Shown piece by piece: positions 43,186-56,316 of a DNA stretch of 64,000 nt. Within the stretch, counting starts at the first letter, position 1, and each line of letters begins with the position of its first letter. This stretch comes from Psilocybe cubensis (taxonomy: Eukaryota). Where the stretch lies: assembly GCA_017499595.2 (NCBI GenBank), contig CM039000.1, positions 3,038,001 to 3,102,000 on the forward strand, written 5' to 3'. Position numbers and translations under genes: made by a program. Below the pieces are notes generated by a model that saw nothing but the letters and a program-made list of their open reading frames with translations, was not told where the DNA came from and did not search any database.

Positions 43186-43539
43186 TCTCGTCGCGAAAGA
43201 GAGTAGGGTAGAATCGTTAGAGAGGCTAATCCGCTTTGTGTGGTACCGTCCGGGTGGGTAGTCTTAATCACAAGAAAGAATACCTAATATTGAGGAGAGG
43301 TCTGGCCGGATGAGCCACATATTTACAATGTGGAAACAGCTGTAATTCTTCATGATAATAGTCCGCGCAATCGGATGGCGACCTGACGTAAATTATTCAT
43401 GCAATTGAATTTACGAGTATGAAAAGACGGGTATCATAGCGATTCCGGAGCTGAAAGGGGGTTGGAAGGTACTTGGAGAAGCGTTTTAGCACAACCAGGC
43501 AAGAACATTTTCTTGGCGGATTGAGGCTCACATGTAATC

Positions 43540-43637
43540 TTATCAGATATTATCCGATTCTCTCCGTGATTGGTGCTTGGCTTGATCATCGGACGTTATC
43601 AGATAACGTACCCATCGGTCGGTCTAATCTGATTAGA
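43540..43637. promoter_or_regulatory. Cluster of palindromic GATA elements (putative SreA/Urbs1-type iron-repressor sites) in the NRPS/monooxygenase bidirectional promoter
   Basis: TTATCAGAT 43540-43548, TTATCCGAT 43550-43558, ACGTTATC-A-GATAACGT 43593-43609 (ATCWGATAA on both strands), TCTAATC-T-GATTAGA 43623-43637. Confidence 0.75.
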
Positions 43638-43895
43638 TCGAACAAAGCACCCCCGACACATCCTCGGTGCAAAGTTGTGAGGCACCACAGAAGTGAAGCG
43701 CAAACGCATGAAATATACCGCCTTTTGGTATGGCGTGCTTTCATGGACCCCAGGGCCATGAGGTTCTCGAGCGTATGAAAATTTCTGCTCCGATCCAAGA
43801 GTTTACAAGGCGTTGACTATAAGAAAGACATCAAATGTGAACTTGAAAGCCCACAAAAAATCCCTTGACCTCTTCACCTCTAAATTTCCGCAAAA

Positions 43896-45916
43896 ATGCC
43901 AGCAACACCTTCGCAAGAGACTGTTCTCGACTTGGTCGGCCTTGGTTTTGGGCCCGCCAATATTGCCATCGCAGGTGCCTTGACGGAACAATGGGCAGCT
44001 GAACAGGTACGCTGGCGTCCACGCATTTAGCGCCCGGCGGGTATTAACATTATTGTTCAAGGATGGGGTACCATTCCCTGTGAAAAATGTTCTCTTCATC
44101 GAAAAGTATACTCATTTCCGATGGCACCCTGGTATGCTTCTACCAGATGCCAAAATGCAAATCAGGTCGGTAAATTGTTTTCCTCGATGCTCCAATGCAC
44201 TTACTCATTTCCAATTTCTGAGCAGCTTCATGAAAGATCTCGCGACACTACGAAACCCTAAGTCCCCTTACACCTTCCTCTCGTATCTTCATAGCCAAGG
44301 CCGCCTCGTTTCCTTTATCAACCGTGGTTCGACGATTCCAAGTCGCAAGGAATATTCAGATTACCTGTCGTGGGCGTCATCTCAGGTTCAAGCCAACGGA
44401 GTGAAGGTCCTATTCGGCCACGAAATTATCGCCATTGACGATTCCCCAGAAAACACCATCGCCATCCGCTATCGAAATCTGGCTACCGGAGAGGAATCCG
44501 TCGTCAGAGCGAGTATGTCCCCCATCGTTTCTGCCTTCTGCCCATTGCTTAACAGCGTTCAGAAAATATTGTCATTGCTCCTGGAGGTGATCCTAAGGTG
44601 CCTTCCGTGCTCGCACACATTGCCAACCATCCACACGCACTTCATAGCTCTGATTATGCGACGTCGATATCCAAAATCCTTGAAACTGTCTCTGGAACGT
44701 CAAGGCCTCTTAGAGTAGCCGTAATCGGCTCAGGCCAGTCAGCTGCCGAGGTGACAATGGATCTGCGCAACAGATTAAACAATATCCCGTCAACGAGCCG
44801 ACATCAGGTCGACATGCTGATCCGTAAAGGAGCCCTAAAACCCAGTGATGATTCACCTTTTGCCAACGAGATTTTCGACCCCGTTTGTACGTACTTATAT
44901 ATGGAACCTCTTTTTAACATCTCGAAGCCTGATACATTTGTGCACAGCGACCGATGCTCACTTCTCGACATCGTCAAGACAGCTTCGGGAGATGAAACTC
45001 GCAGAATATAAGCTGACGAATTATGGTGTCGTAAACCCTCGAACACTGGAGAATGTACGTATCAGAGCTCTGGGTCGATGTCTAGGAATTGAACATTTGC
45101 CTTCAGCTCTACGAAATCATTTATGGACAGAGACTTGACGCCGATATTACCCACCGTCTGGGCGACCAAGGTGTGCGCGACGCGTTGATCAATATTAAGC
45201 CATATACTTTTATCTCCGAGATAAAAGTCGAGGGAAGCTCAAAGGACGCCCCTGATGCTGGCCTCCTCCTTTCCTCCGATATGAAAGCCCAAGTCGACGG
45301 TACCAAACCAGTGTTCTCGATTAGGACGCAGAACGTCATAGACCTCACCGAGGAGGAAGTGAAATACGACGCCATTGTGTATGCCACAGGTTACGAGCGC
45401 CGTACCTGGGTCAATTTGCTCAAGCACTCCGACATTGCAGTCCACTTCGGTCTTGACTTACTGACTTCTGAAGTTCGCCTGTTGCCCGCCGTCGACATCT
45501 TTCACTCAGTACAGCCACCAATTACCATGTCAAGTCAGTCAGAGTCCGGCATTTCGTCGCCTACTACAACCGTTAGCGCGCACAGCAGCCCACCAACGTC
45601 GCCAGAGATGGACACGTTTTATTCGCAAGGCAGCAAGCGTTCAAAGTGCCAGGAAGTGTTCATTTCGCGCAATTATCGTCTTCTGCCTACCAGACTCGTG
45701 GATGGAAAGGCTGATTACTTTGCTCCTGGAGTGTATCTTCAGGGATGTGAAGAGAGTACGCACGGATTGAGTGACACGCTGCTTAGCGTCATGGGAGTTC
45801 GTGCTGGAGAGGTTGTTCGCGATCTTGCTCATTTGAATTACAAGGTACGTGACTGACTATATTCTTGATCCCATTCCCGGTCCCATTTGGTAATTAATGC
45901 CGAACAGAGCAAGTGA
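43896..45916 (+). CDS. sidA: L-ornithine N5-monooxygenase (SidA/SMO1); ends at 45856 if the last intron is retained
   Basis: DLVGLGFGPANIA (FAD), [38 protein letters not shown] (NADPH), DDSPFANEIF, YATGY, YLQGCEESTHGLSDTLLS. Confidence 0.95.
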
Positions 45917-46167
45917 CATAATATGTAAATTTACACCTCCGTCAATGGACAATTTTGGGCCATGTGTATCGTTAACGCAATCGGTAGTACAGTACTTGCA
46001 GGAATGTAAAAGAAGTGTAATTATCTTATGATGGGGTCAAACCTGGTCAAACAAGAAGCTGCATAGCTGCGTAAATCAATTTAGAAATTCTGATTTGAGG
46101 ATTTGAACAAATGTCAAGGAAGTAAACAGTTGCACTAAAGCTGCACAACAGCAACACGTCACATTAC

Positions 46168-47787
46168 TCAGTAAAACATCCCCTCTTGCGGCCCACTCTC
46201 CATACTGACCTGGTAGCGATTTCTAGAGTGGGAAAGCACAGCGGGGCTGAAAATTGGAGCAGAATCAAACCACCCATTGGCAGACGGAGGTTCTACAATT
46301 AGATCCTCAAAGTCAGAGCATATCGACGAACTGGATGCAGTAGAATATTCGTCGGCCCATGGATCGGCTTCCATCTCGGATGGGATTGTCGAGAGAATGC
46401 TTTCCATGGATTGCGATCTACCAATCGGCAACGTCGATGTTGGCGAGAAATCGATGGTGGGCAACACAAAGGATTGAGAGAGGTCGAATGTGGAACCGAA
46501 TTCATCATCAGTTATGACAGGAGGGACGAATGAAGGTCCATCTTCTAGAAGGCCTGATGAGAGTGAGTCGGTATCAGATATCGAATCGTCTTCTTCAAAC
46601 TGCTCGTCCGAAATAACCTCCTCCAATGTACACCACCCGCTCCCACTTTCACCAATCACACTCCTCACTTCAGCTTTTGTCCAGCCTAGAAATTCGACCT
46701 TCAAAAAAGTGCATACTCCTTCATCAGACTCTACGTCGTTCGACTTGGGATCTCTCCTGCGATGCACCTGTCCATGGGAATATGCAGTGCACTTCACTCC
46801 GCGATTCCACACATTCGCTTGATCTAAGCGACTGAATAAGCTCGACACCCGTATCGCATGCGTGGAATGAGACGCGTGAACATTTCCGAGATAAGACAGT
46901 GGTGGCAGTAGGGTTGGTTCCCATCCCCCCAAATCCGAAGAGGATGTAGGGTTTGGAGGTAATGGTGCACGCAGAGTAGGAGTGGGTGCCAAAGGAATCA
47001 AGAGATAAGTTGTGACCGCACAAGTTGAAGCATGGGGAAAGTAATAATCCAAGTCTTCCGTGGATACATGGCCGTTCGATTCAACCAAAGGCTGCGTCAT
47101 TTTAGCCTTTTTGCACACCGGCTTAATCATCTCCTTGGTCTTAAGGGGTTTCTTGACCTCGTTTTCAACAAGGAGGAGCATACCCTCATAATTTTTCCTC
47201 ATCTCAACATCCCAATCAATCTCGTAGAGTGCCCTTCCAGCAACCGGGACATTCTCTGCCAACTGCTGGAATATAGGGCGAGCGGAACTAAAATTTCTGG
47301 CAGTCCCCAGGCCGACCTGAGCAACACCTCCAAACCGAGGGGGTCCCAGGTTGGGAGCACGGGGTAGAAAAATATTGGCTTGCCGTTGAAGAGCATTATT
47401 CCTGAGAGCTTGACGGGCCGGAAGCGAGAGTCCACTTTGTATGGTGGATCCACGGATAGCATTATGCAAAGAACGAGAGGTTCCACGCGAAACTGGGCCA
47501 GTAAATTGGACTGGCGCTCTGAATCCTGGTGCGGTAAGAAGGGAAAAAAATTTCTGGAGAGCGTTTCTTGACGCAGAGAATAACTTGTGTGACGGGTTGC
47601 GAGCAAAATTTAGGCCCGGGAGTGTTAAGTGCGGTGAATGCAAAGGATTTAGAATGTTATTCAAATGGATAGATCTGGACGCGTTTGTATTGGACGTGCT
47701 TCCGCCAGGTCCGCCATGCCCATGGATGAGGATGTTGGAACCCTTTCGGGCGACGTTCCTCACCCCCGGCGATGCGAACTGCATCAT
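46168..47787 (-). CDS. Intronless hypothetical protein (539 aa)
   Basis: Single long ORF: basic N-terminal third, a Cys/Trp-containing core (CTFLKVEFLGWTKAEVRSVIGESGSGWCTLEEV) and an acidic tail. Confidence 0.75.
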   Translation of the reverse strand: MMQFASPGVRNVARKGSNILIHGHGGPGGSTSNTNASRSIHLNNILNPLHSPHLTLPGLNFARNPSHKLFSASRNALQKFFSLLTAPGFRAPVQFTGPVSRGTSRSLHNAIRGSTIQSGLSLPARQALRNNALQRQANIFLPRAPNLGPPRFGGVAQVGLGTARNFSSARPIFQQLAENVPVAGRALYEIDWDVEMRKNYEGMLLLVENEVKKPLKTKEMIKPVCKKAKMTQPLVESNGHVSTEDLDYYFPHASTCAVTTYLLIPLAPTPTLRAPLPPNPTSSSDLGGWEPTLLPPLSYLGNVHASHSTHAIRVSSLFSRLDQANVWNRGVKCTAYSHGQVHRRRDPKSNDVESDEGVCTFLKVEFLGWTKAEVRSVIGESGSGWCTLEEVISDEQFEEDDSISDTDSLSSGLLEDGPSFVPPVITDDEFGSTFDLSQSFVLPTIDFSPTSTLPIGRSQSMESILSTIPSEMEADPWADEYSTASSSSICSDFEDLIVEPPSANGWFDSAPIFSPAVLSHSRNRYQVSMESGPQEGMFY

Positions 47788-48149
47788 CGAGAGCCGGTAG
47801 AGATAGATTAAGGTCGGTCTCTATCGACCTTGAAGGTTGGTAAGGCTAGACACTCGGAGATGGTAGTGGTTGGAAAGAAAGTGGGTTAGAGACACCATGA
47901 TGACTCGAGAGCGATATATCTAGTAGCTGTAATGGAGTCGCCGAAACCATTCGTCAACCCCGGCAGTAAATCAAGTGGCTGTGCTAAACCCCACGCAGCA
48001 CCCAGATCCCTATTACGTAAGTCTCCCAATAATTTCTTCACAAGCACCTGGACGAACTGTCCCTTGGTATCGTTTAGGCTGGCTACTCTCATTTGTCTTC
48101 TTAACGATCACCCAACGTATACATCTGAAATCTTTCCAATCTTCTCGCA

Positions 48150-48951
48150 ATGCGTGTCGAAAAGTGCTACTTCTGTTCTACCAATGTCTACCCCGGCCAT
48201 GGTTAGCCTTTACTCGGTTAACCCAGTTCTCAACTTCCACTAAATCGTTATCTCTTAGGATCTGCTTTCGTGAGGAACGATTCGAAAGTATTCCGCTTCT
48301 GCACATCAAAGTATGGTTTCCGTTTCTTTTGCATTGACCTTCGAACTGATCCTTTCTTCGTAGATGTCATAAAAACTTCAAGTGAGATTTCTCATGTATC
48401 TATTAGGAATAGCTTCTTACAGATTTTTCACCAGGATGAAACGAAACCCTCGTAAAGTAAGATGGACGAAAGCGTTCAGAAAGGCCGCTGGTAAAGAAAT
48501 GACCATTGTGAGCTACATCAAGATTCATCCAATCCACCTTCTCACACAAGTTGTTTTCGAACAGGACTCTACAATTGATTTCGAGAAACGCAGAAATGTT
48601 CCTGTAAGATACGACAGAAATTTGATCGAAACTACAGTCAAGGCCATGAAGAGAGTGGGAGAAATCAAAGCGAGGAGAGAACGTGTATTCTTCAAACACA
48701 GGTGCGTTAAGTTTTGAATTTGTTATGGTCATCATAAATCTCAAGCGTACTTCAGAATGGCTGCCAGCAGAGAAAAACAGAGAGCACACCGCAAGAAGGT
48801 CATGGAAGCCGCCAAAACTTCCTCTGTCAAGTTGCACGAACCTATATCTATAGAATCCACAACCAGCCAAGAGAAAATCAAGGTTCCTGTCAAAGCGAGG
48901 TCTGCTCTCATTCAAGGAGAAGGCCGCTCAATGGGCATGGAGATCGATTAG
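48150..48951 (+). CDS. RLP24: Ribosome biogenesis protein Rlp24 (L24e family)
   Basis: [65 protein letters not shown]. Confidence 0.95.
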
Positions 48952-49143
48952 TCTTTTGTTTCTTGGTTTACCTTATCTTTGTTCTTATCTCTTTTTTTCC
49001 CGAAAAGTACGTGTAATGCCTTGCGTGTTGTGTGATATATGGATACAGATGTATACGAAAAAAGGAACTAGCTATGAGATACTATACAGGTAAAAACCCT
49101 TCTAAGATGAAAATCTAAACTGGGAAAATGGAAAAGGGAAAGG

Positions 49144-52100
49144 TCATCGCGACTTGTATTTCGCCTCGTTCTCGTGCCGGACGTTAGGATCCAATGTGTT
49201 GTGCAGACCGAGCAGGGTTTTGCTGACCGCCTCACTCGCGCCGATCATGGGCTTTAGGACAGCAATAGGTACTGCCCTGACAACAGATCGCACAGGACCC
49301 TAGAAAACTCGTGAGATTGCAAAACAAAATCATAGACACCAAAATTTACCTCATTTCCAGAACGTTCGTAAACCTCCATAGGAACAGCCAAAATAGTCTG
49401 TGCCGCAGAGCTTAGGTTTCGTTGGAGGCTCTTGTAAGCTGACTGCACGCCTTCCCTGAGGTCCGTGCGTTGATAAGCATATTTGGAAATCAGGTCTGAG
49501 GGGACTTCCTCTTCCTCATTCTCATAGTTGAACTCGTCGCCTGTTGGAACTTGGAGAGGCTCTGCTGTGATCGATGTATCAAATTGACCACCTAACACGC
49601 CTTCTGCTTGCTCCAAAACGACCTGGGTTCCCGTGGCGAGTTTGGCCCCCATTCTGATAGCTTCCACTGCCGTAGATTTGACAAACGCGGTAGCGCCCTT
49701 CTGCATACCGCGAACAATTCGTCCGTCTTTCTTGTATTGCGCGATAGGTAACAGAATAAGGTCGGCGACACCGGAGCCAACATTAACCATGGAACGAATG
49801 GGGGCAACTCCAGAAATAACCTCTACAAGTTGTGTGGCTTTCACGTCAGGCGTCCATAAGTCATTCAACATCTCAAAGAGTTTTGGCCATCCAGTCACCT
49901 AGCAAAACTTTCAGAAAGGAATAAATATTTAGTTGAACTGCGCTTACACCAGTTAAAGTGATATGGCGAAGCGTCATTTCTGCTCCATCGAAATGGAAGA
50001 AGTTCATCAGCTCAATTGTCCTTCCCTCCTTCAATGCTCTATAGTCGACTCGACGTGGCTTATAGTCTAGTTTAAGATCGATAGGGAATATTTCAGCCAA
50101 TTCTATATATGTACCTTTTTAGCCTTCTGTTTACATCGAACGGAAATTTGACTCACGAATATATGCTTCGTTGTCATCGGATTGCGATTCAGCACTGGGA
50201 ACCGCGTGAGGGTCTTTGAAGCTGAAGAACTTCTTTAGAAAATCGACCGCGTCTTGGTCAACGTATAGCCTCAGAGGGAGGATCTTAGCCTATAATGCGT
50301 TACCAAATAATACAGTTAATCTAATGACCACAGGAACTCACTCTCAGTCTAGCCTCTTCTGAAGAGTTACCGGAAACAGGGCGAACAGTACGAAGTTCGA
50401 TTCGTACCATATGTGAGTCAGTTTCTCGTATGTTACCCCTCGAGTCCGATCTAAGCTCCGTCAAAAACTTCTTCCACGTCGATGTCTTTATGTGGTCCAA
50501 AATTTCAAGGTCCTTGACTGTCACAAAAGCCCTTGACACAAGGGGGTCTTCTGGCTGGTATTGATCAAATTCCGCATTGACTCCTGCAAGGCAAAATTCC
50601 ATGCTTGGTGTTTTCGCCCTTGTCAATTTCTTCCCATGTATGCGTAGAGACCGAGCTCTGGATTTCCCGCCAGCATTAGAAGGTCTCAACGACTGCCATG
50701 AGCTTTGACTTGCTGTATCCATGTCGTCTTTCAGCTCTTCGTCAATGGCGGCGATCAAAGCAGAAGGTTCGCCTAAAAGGTCTTCATCGTCCTCCAATCC
50801 AATGTGCACTGAATTGTAGAGAAGAGCACTTGTATCTTCCATCATTGGCTCTTGAATTTGTCCATTGGCCACTAATTGGCGTATTTTGGCCAACCGTTTG
50901 CGCATTTCCTTCACTTCCTCTTCGATAGTTCGTCTGGTCTGGACCCAATCGTACCCGTCGTATAAGAATAACGTGAAGTCACTATCGAGAATCTTGAGGC
51001 TGAAATCTGGTTTACCAGAGCTAAAATTCACATCAGCCTTTGTAATCATATGAGATAAACTAATAACATACTAAGAACTTCCACTTGACTTTTCGGGCGG
51101 TATTGTTAGAAAGTAATCTTCGACAATGTGAAGACCTTCAGCATCAAAAATCTTGATGGTCTCCCCTCCAATATTTGATATAACGTTTGGATCATTCGAC
51201 GAAGTAGTATTTTCAATTTCTTGATCATCAAATTCATCCAAGTCTTCATCTACCATTTCTCTCAAGCCAGCGGCGGCGCCGAAAGATTCGTCGAGGTAAT
51301 CAAGATTGGTGGGTAGATCGTCGTAAATCATATCAGGGGCTGGACCGACATCTGGAACCTTCTTAAATGCAAGGTCCTCTATAGAAGCTGCGGCGACGCC
51401 GATTTTAGTATCTTGTGAACCTGAACCCAGAAACCAAGCTTACACATGAGTGTGCGTCCCTCTTGTTGTGGTTTCTGGTGAACTACAGCTGGCCCTTTCG
51501 GTAAAGCTGGTGGTCTAAAAAACCTTAGCAGTAGAATAGTAAATCATCCCATGAATGTAATGCTCACTGTGGATCTGAACTTTTGAAAGCCGACCCAAGG
51601 TTTTGTGCAAAAGCCGTGACAGCCGTTAAAGTATCCGCACACAAGTGCAGACGGAGCACGATACGATTTATATCAACCTATTCAGTATTAGCATAGCAAG
51701 AAAAAACTTTGCCCATGGGCTGACATGGGCTGACCTTCCATAAAGGAAATGTAGAGAGTTGGTTAACGACGTTTGTATCCAATTCCGCTACTTCAGCTAC
51801 TAGTGCATAGCCCGCAGACTATGGCGCATCAGTTGATGACTGGTGCATCAGGAAAAGACTCACTGTCCATGATAATAACCCCTGCGGAGGTGATCTAGAG
51901 GACTCGGGTACACGCTGGTCTTGGGTGTCGTCTATTGCAAGGAGCGCTAGGGAGGTTGCTGAAATATGAAACGAGGAGTCCCGAGAATCGCCCACAACAT
52001 CCGTTGAGAAGTCCAATTCATGCAAATAGGTCACAATGGATCCAGGATACTGTGGTGCCAGAAGGCAGACAGAGCCATCGACTATCTTCACAAAAATACG

Positions 52101-55100
52101 CGTTCGGTCGCTTGGTATGACGGATTCGAATGTCTTGTCATATAAATGTTATCAGCGTGATGCTGCCTCGGTAACACAAGGATAAGAGCGTACCCCAGGA
52201 GGATTTTTGGCAAATACAGCCAAGTCAGAGATCCAACGAACATCTGGATAGAAACGGTACGTGAAACCGCATACAGTTAATTTGATTCGAGTCTCTTTAG
52301 TATTAAGATTTGGCATAGTGGATGTCGAGAATCGAAGTTTGATAGTTGATCTAGGAGTCGAAGACTAAACACTACAACGTTATAAATACTTTTTGAATGC
52401 GATAACAAGTTACTCGCCAATGATTTCGCAGAAGTCAGTCCGAAGAACCTCTGTAGTTTTCCGTCGAAGTCGGTATTCTCCATAATTAAGTCAGACACCC
52501 CAAGGGTAAGGATTGTCTGTTGCTAGTTGATTGGATTAATATCAGCACAGCCAAAGAAGTCCAAAAAATTACTTTGTTGTCAGGATTTAATTCCACAAGA
52601 ACGTCAATGTCTGACGCTTTGATGTCAAATGGTCGTGGAGCAATGCTATCAGAATCAGTGCGCGGGATCATAACCCTAACAAATGCTAAACTCAAAACAT
52701 TTAGTTTAAAATGGAGTGCTTGAAGGTGATATTAATTCCTTGCCTTCCGTAATTGCCAGTTTTATGATAGACTCTGAACTTTCAGGTGTACTAGCACTAA
52801 AACTCCCGCTCCCATTCCTTGACTTTGCAAAGAACCTACTTCCAATGAGACTCACGTCCTTGCTATCTCCGGCAAACGATGATGACTCGTTGTTAAGTCT
52901 ACCCGATAGGCGTTCTAACAGCTGACTTAGGTCATCCACCCAATATTGCAAGGCATCGAACTCTTGCTTCGAAAGATCGACATGAACCGCAGGGATATCG
53001 ATACTGAGTGCGAAGGTTGGCGTTGCGCGTGACGGGCTAAGAGGTGGTTTGATAACGTAGATTGTTGGCTGTAATGAAGGGGGGGACTGAGAAGGAAGAT
53101 ACTCTGGATTGTCAGTCTCTAGATCTGTGAGGGCGCCAAGAGACGCAAAAGTAAAGGCTGTGGTGGCTCCGACCATCGAGCAGGCTATAACCAGTCTGCT
53201 AAATTCAATTTTGAGAAGGGTATCTTTTTCTGAAAAATCGAGATTGCGTGAGGGGATTTCATTGTCGTTGGCAAATCTGGCCGATGCCCTAGGCGAATGC
53301 GCGCCATGCCGCACTATAATATTATGCCAGTCAACAACGAGAGTGCCGGAGCGGGCATTTAATCGAGGAGGAGGGGACCGGACAGCCAGTCGAATTAGAG
53401 GGAACTTGATTGTTATGCGTGACTGATTACCGTCTCTGGTAAGATCCTATAAAGAACATTATTATTGCCAAATAAAATACAAATAAGGATAATGGTATCA
53501 CTGACCGGCTTGTTAGATCGCTGCTGATCATGAGTTTTGAAAATGTTTGGTCCCTTTGCAACTTTGCTCTTTGCTGCCATATTCCATGTAGAGGCATGCA
53601 TATCATTCTCAATAGTGTCTTCAGACGAAAGAGAGTCATGGTCACGGTCATCCTGCGTTTGAGGAACCAAAGCTTCAAAAAATGACAAAGGACCACCTGG
53701 TTGAAGAAGACACTCCAAGTCGATACGAATGTTAAGAGGAGCAATTTGAATGTCGGTAGTTTGGTCTATTGACACCCGACCGGTATCTTCCTTGGTTCGA
53801 CTGAGAAACCTGATAGCAGGTAGCGGCCCCGCATGCGATTCCTTCAACTTCCCGGGAGATGCAAGTGTCTGAGCCTTAAATTTACTATATTTCTGTTGGC
53901 AGCGCCAAAATGATAATTTGGTACCATAGCTCCGGCTTTCCTTATTCGTCCAGTCAATGACCTCAAAGTTGGGTAGAATAGGGTATCCTTCATTTGATTG
54001 GGGATGTATATGCCTATGAGGATACTGAGAAGACAGATAAGGATCGGTTAGAAGGAGAGGAAAGGCGGATAATGTCTCGTCATTAAATCCCGTTGTTCCC
54101 CGGAACAAGAATATAGATATATCTGCAATGGTGAAATCTGTCGACCTGGTCTCCGGTACCGTAGGTATGGGATTTGAGGTTGACGATGCTGATTTTTCTA
54201 CCCCCACGTTAGCCATCCTTATGGAGGCCGACAATGTATCCAAATGTAGTCGTATACAGCCATGCTTCAGCGAGGGAGGTGTCATAGGCTTCTCAAAATA
54301 TCCCGTCACATCAACCTCATTGGGCGAAGGGGGGACAAGGATGACGACGATTCCACGTATTTGTGCGTTGACCCTTAGAGATGGAAATTGATTTCTCGAA
54401 TCGCCCCTGTTACCAGAATCGTTGCTCGACACACTTTTGGAGGGGACTGAGGGGACTATAACCTTTCCCAGTTGCAGCAGTGCGTCCACTTGCCAAGGTT
54501 TCATTGCGCAAGCTATAACACCGATTGATGCAGAAAGCCTAAGTGGCTCCTCGCCAGGGTTGGGATCTGCTGACGATATGAATGGGTTATCATCGTCTTC
54601 TGGTGGTTCGGTGACGGGCGAAGGTGTCGTCAGAGAAAAATTGATTGGTTGACGTCCAAATGATACGAGAACCTCATCGACATTGTCCACATTTGTATCG
54701 GGAGCCAATACTGTGTCTTGTTCCTCAACGTCACTATGTGCATCAGTAAGAGTAGTTGGAAGGGTTTCCTGCGGATCTTTGTGGGAAGAAATTGTGGAAA
54801 TGGCGCTTTCGTACATACTACTGGACACTGAGCCCGTTGAGGATGGTGGCCTTGGTGGAAGCACAGCGAGCGACTGAGACATCATAAACTGTGCAGCGTC
54901 GTCTAAAGAGGACTGGGAAGATCGGCGAGAAATTGGCCGAGATGTCGCAACGCTGGGCGATCGAGGTTCAGGTGATTTTGTGACATACTGGAAGAAGGTA
55001 TGGGAGGAAGCAGACGAAAGATTGCGAGAAGACAAAGTCAACCCGTTGACGGATAGAGTCCGAGTTTCTCCTTCGACCAGACTACCTGGAGGAGCCGTTG

Positions 55101-55904
55101 AAATAGTCGTTTTGATACGAGAGTCAGTATGATACCGAACATCATCCAGAAACAAGGTCAAACTGATGTTATCTGGATGTACCAAAGTAATTTTGACATC
55201 TTGGACATCAAACTCAAATCTCGCCAGCAAACGCTCAATAAGACTCGCAAACACCGAGACTCCAGCTGGATCAGAATCCAAAGAGTGAGAAGTTTCTTCA
55301 GCCGAAGCTGGCACGTCAAGGCCGCCAGGAATGCTGTGATCTTCGTCATAGCTGGAGTGCAGTGCGGCTTCGTGATGGAACGATTGCCAAAGAGTGGCTT
55401 CTTCCCCCGAAGATAATTCCTGGTGAATGAAAGATTCGGCGACAGAGACGACAGACTCTGTTAAATCAATTCCTTCGCTACCCTTTTGATTAATGTGAGG
55501 GATGACGTGGAACACGAGATGCAGAGACCTCAGCGAAAAGCCCAATGTGGAGGCCAGAGGGTTAGGCCATGGAATCCGGGCTTTGATAAACGATATCGTT
55601 CCAGAATGTAGAGAAATAGGAAGACCATCCAAATATGCATTTATAGCCTACAACACCAGATTCATAAGCGCACTAGAGTATCGACTAAGAGATTACTTGC
55701 ATCGGGGTTTAGTTCAAGGTCATTCACCTGCACGTATCCCGAGCCGATTTGAGAGTCAATTTGATGATAATCGAGCTGACCGGGTTTGAGGAGGTGTCCT
55801 AACGCCTTCTTCAGCACGAATGATAGGAAGCGACCTTGAATACCGCTAGGGATGGAGAAGTTGAAGCTAGGTAAACCTGGGATCCAGGATGAATACCAGG
55901 ACAT
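49144..55904 (-). CDS. ATG2: Autophagy-related lipid transfer protein Atg2
   Basis: Chorein-like N-terminus ([15 protein letters not shown]), [67 protein letters not shown]. Confidence 0.93.
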
Positions 55905-56316
55905 ATTGATGTTACAGTACTATAGGTTACAGTTCAACTCGAGAGCTCAGAAAGGGGGGTGTCGTTTTCAAGCGACATGGGCTATGACTTGGGGAATGAA
56001 TGTTATAAGAAGGAAACCCCTATAGTGCAGAGCAATATGGCTGTCTGCTCAACGTGCAGCAGCATGACGCCCGTGAAGCCTCGTAAAGCGTAATGCTACA
56101 CGTGACATTGCATTTCTGAGACCCGGTCCGGGTAGTGTCTGCGTCTGGCGAGATTCAAGATCTTGCGGTGATTGAGCCTCAGGGATGAAGGTAAAGCATC
56201 GACGGTCCTAGATGGCTGTTTACGCAATTTACCGTCCATGCGAACTACTTCTTTCAGCGTATTCTTTCTCAGGCCCCAAAAATTATAGCTTTCAGGATTT
56301 CTGTTGACTTTCTTTC

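Noticed and set aside
45854-45868. TGA-CTA readthrough context at the unspliced sidA stop
   Set aside because: The extension would be only X-L-Y-S with no PTS1, and the site probably lies inside a terminal intron.
47810-47831. Hairpin AAGGTCG...CGACCTT upstream of the intronless gene
   Set aside because: A 7-9 bp stem is within chance expectation; no other support.
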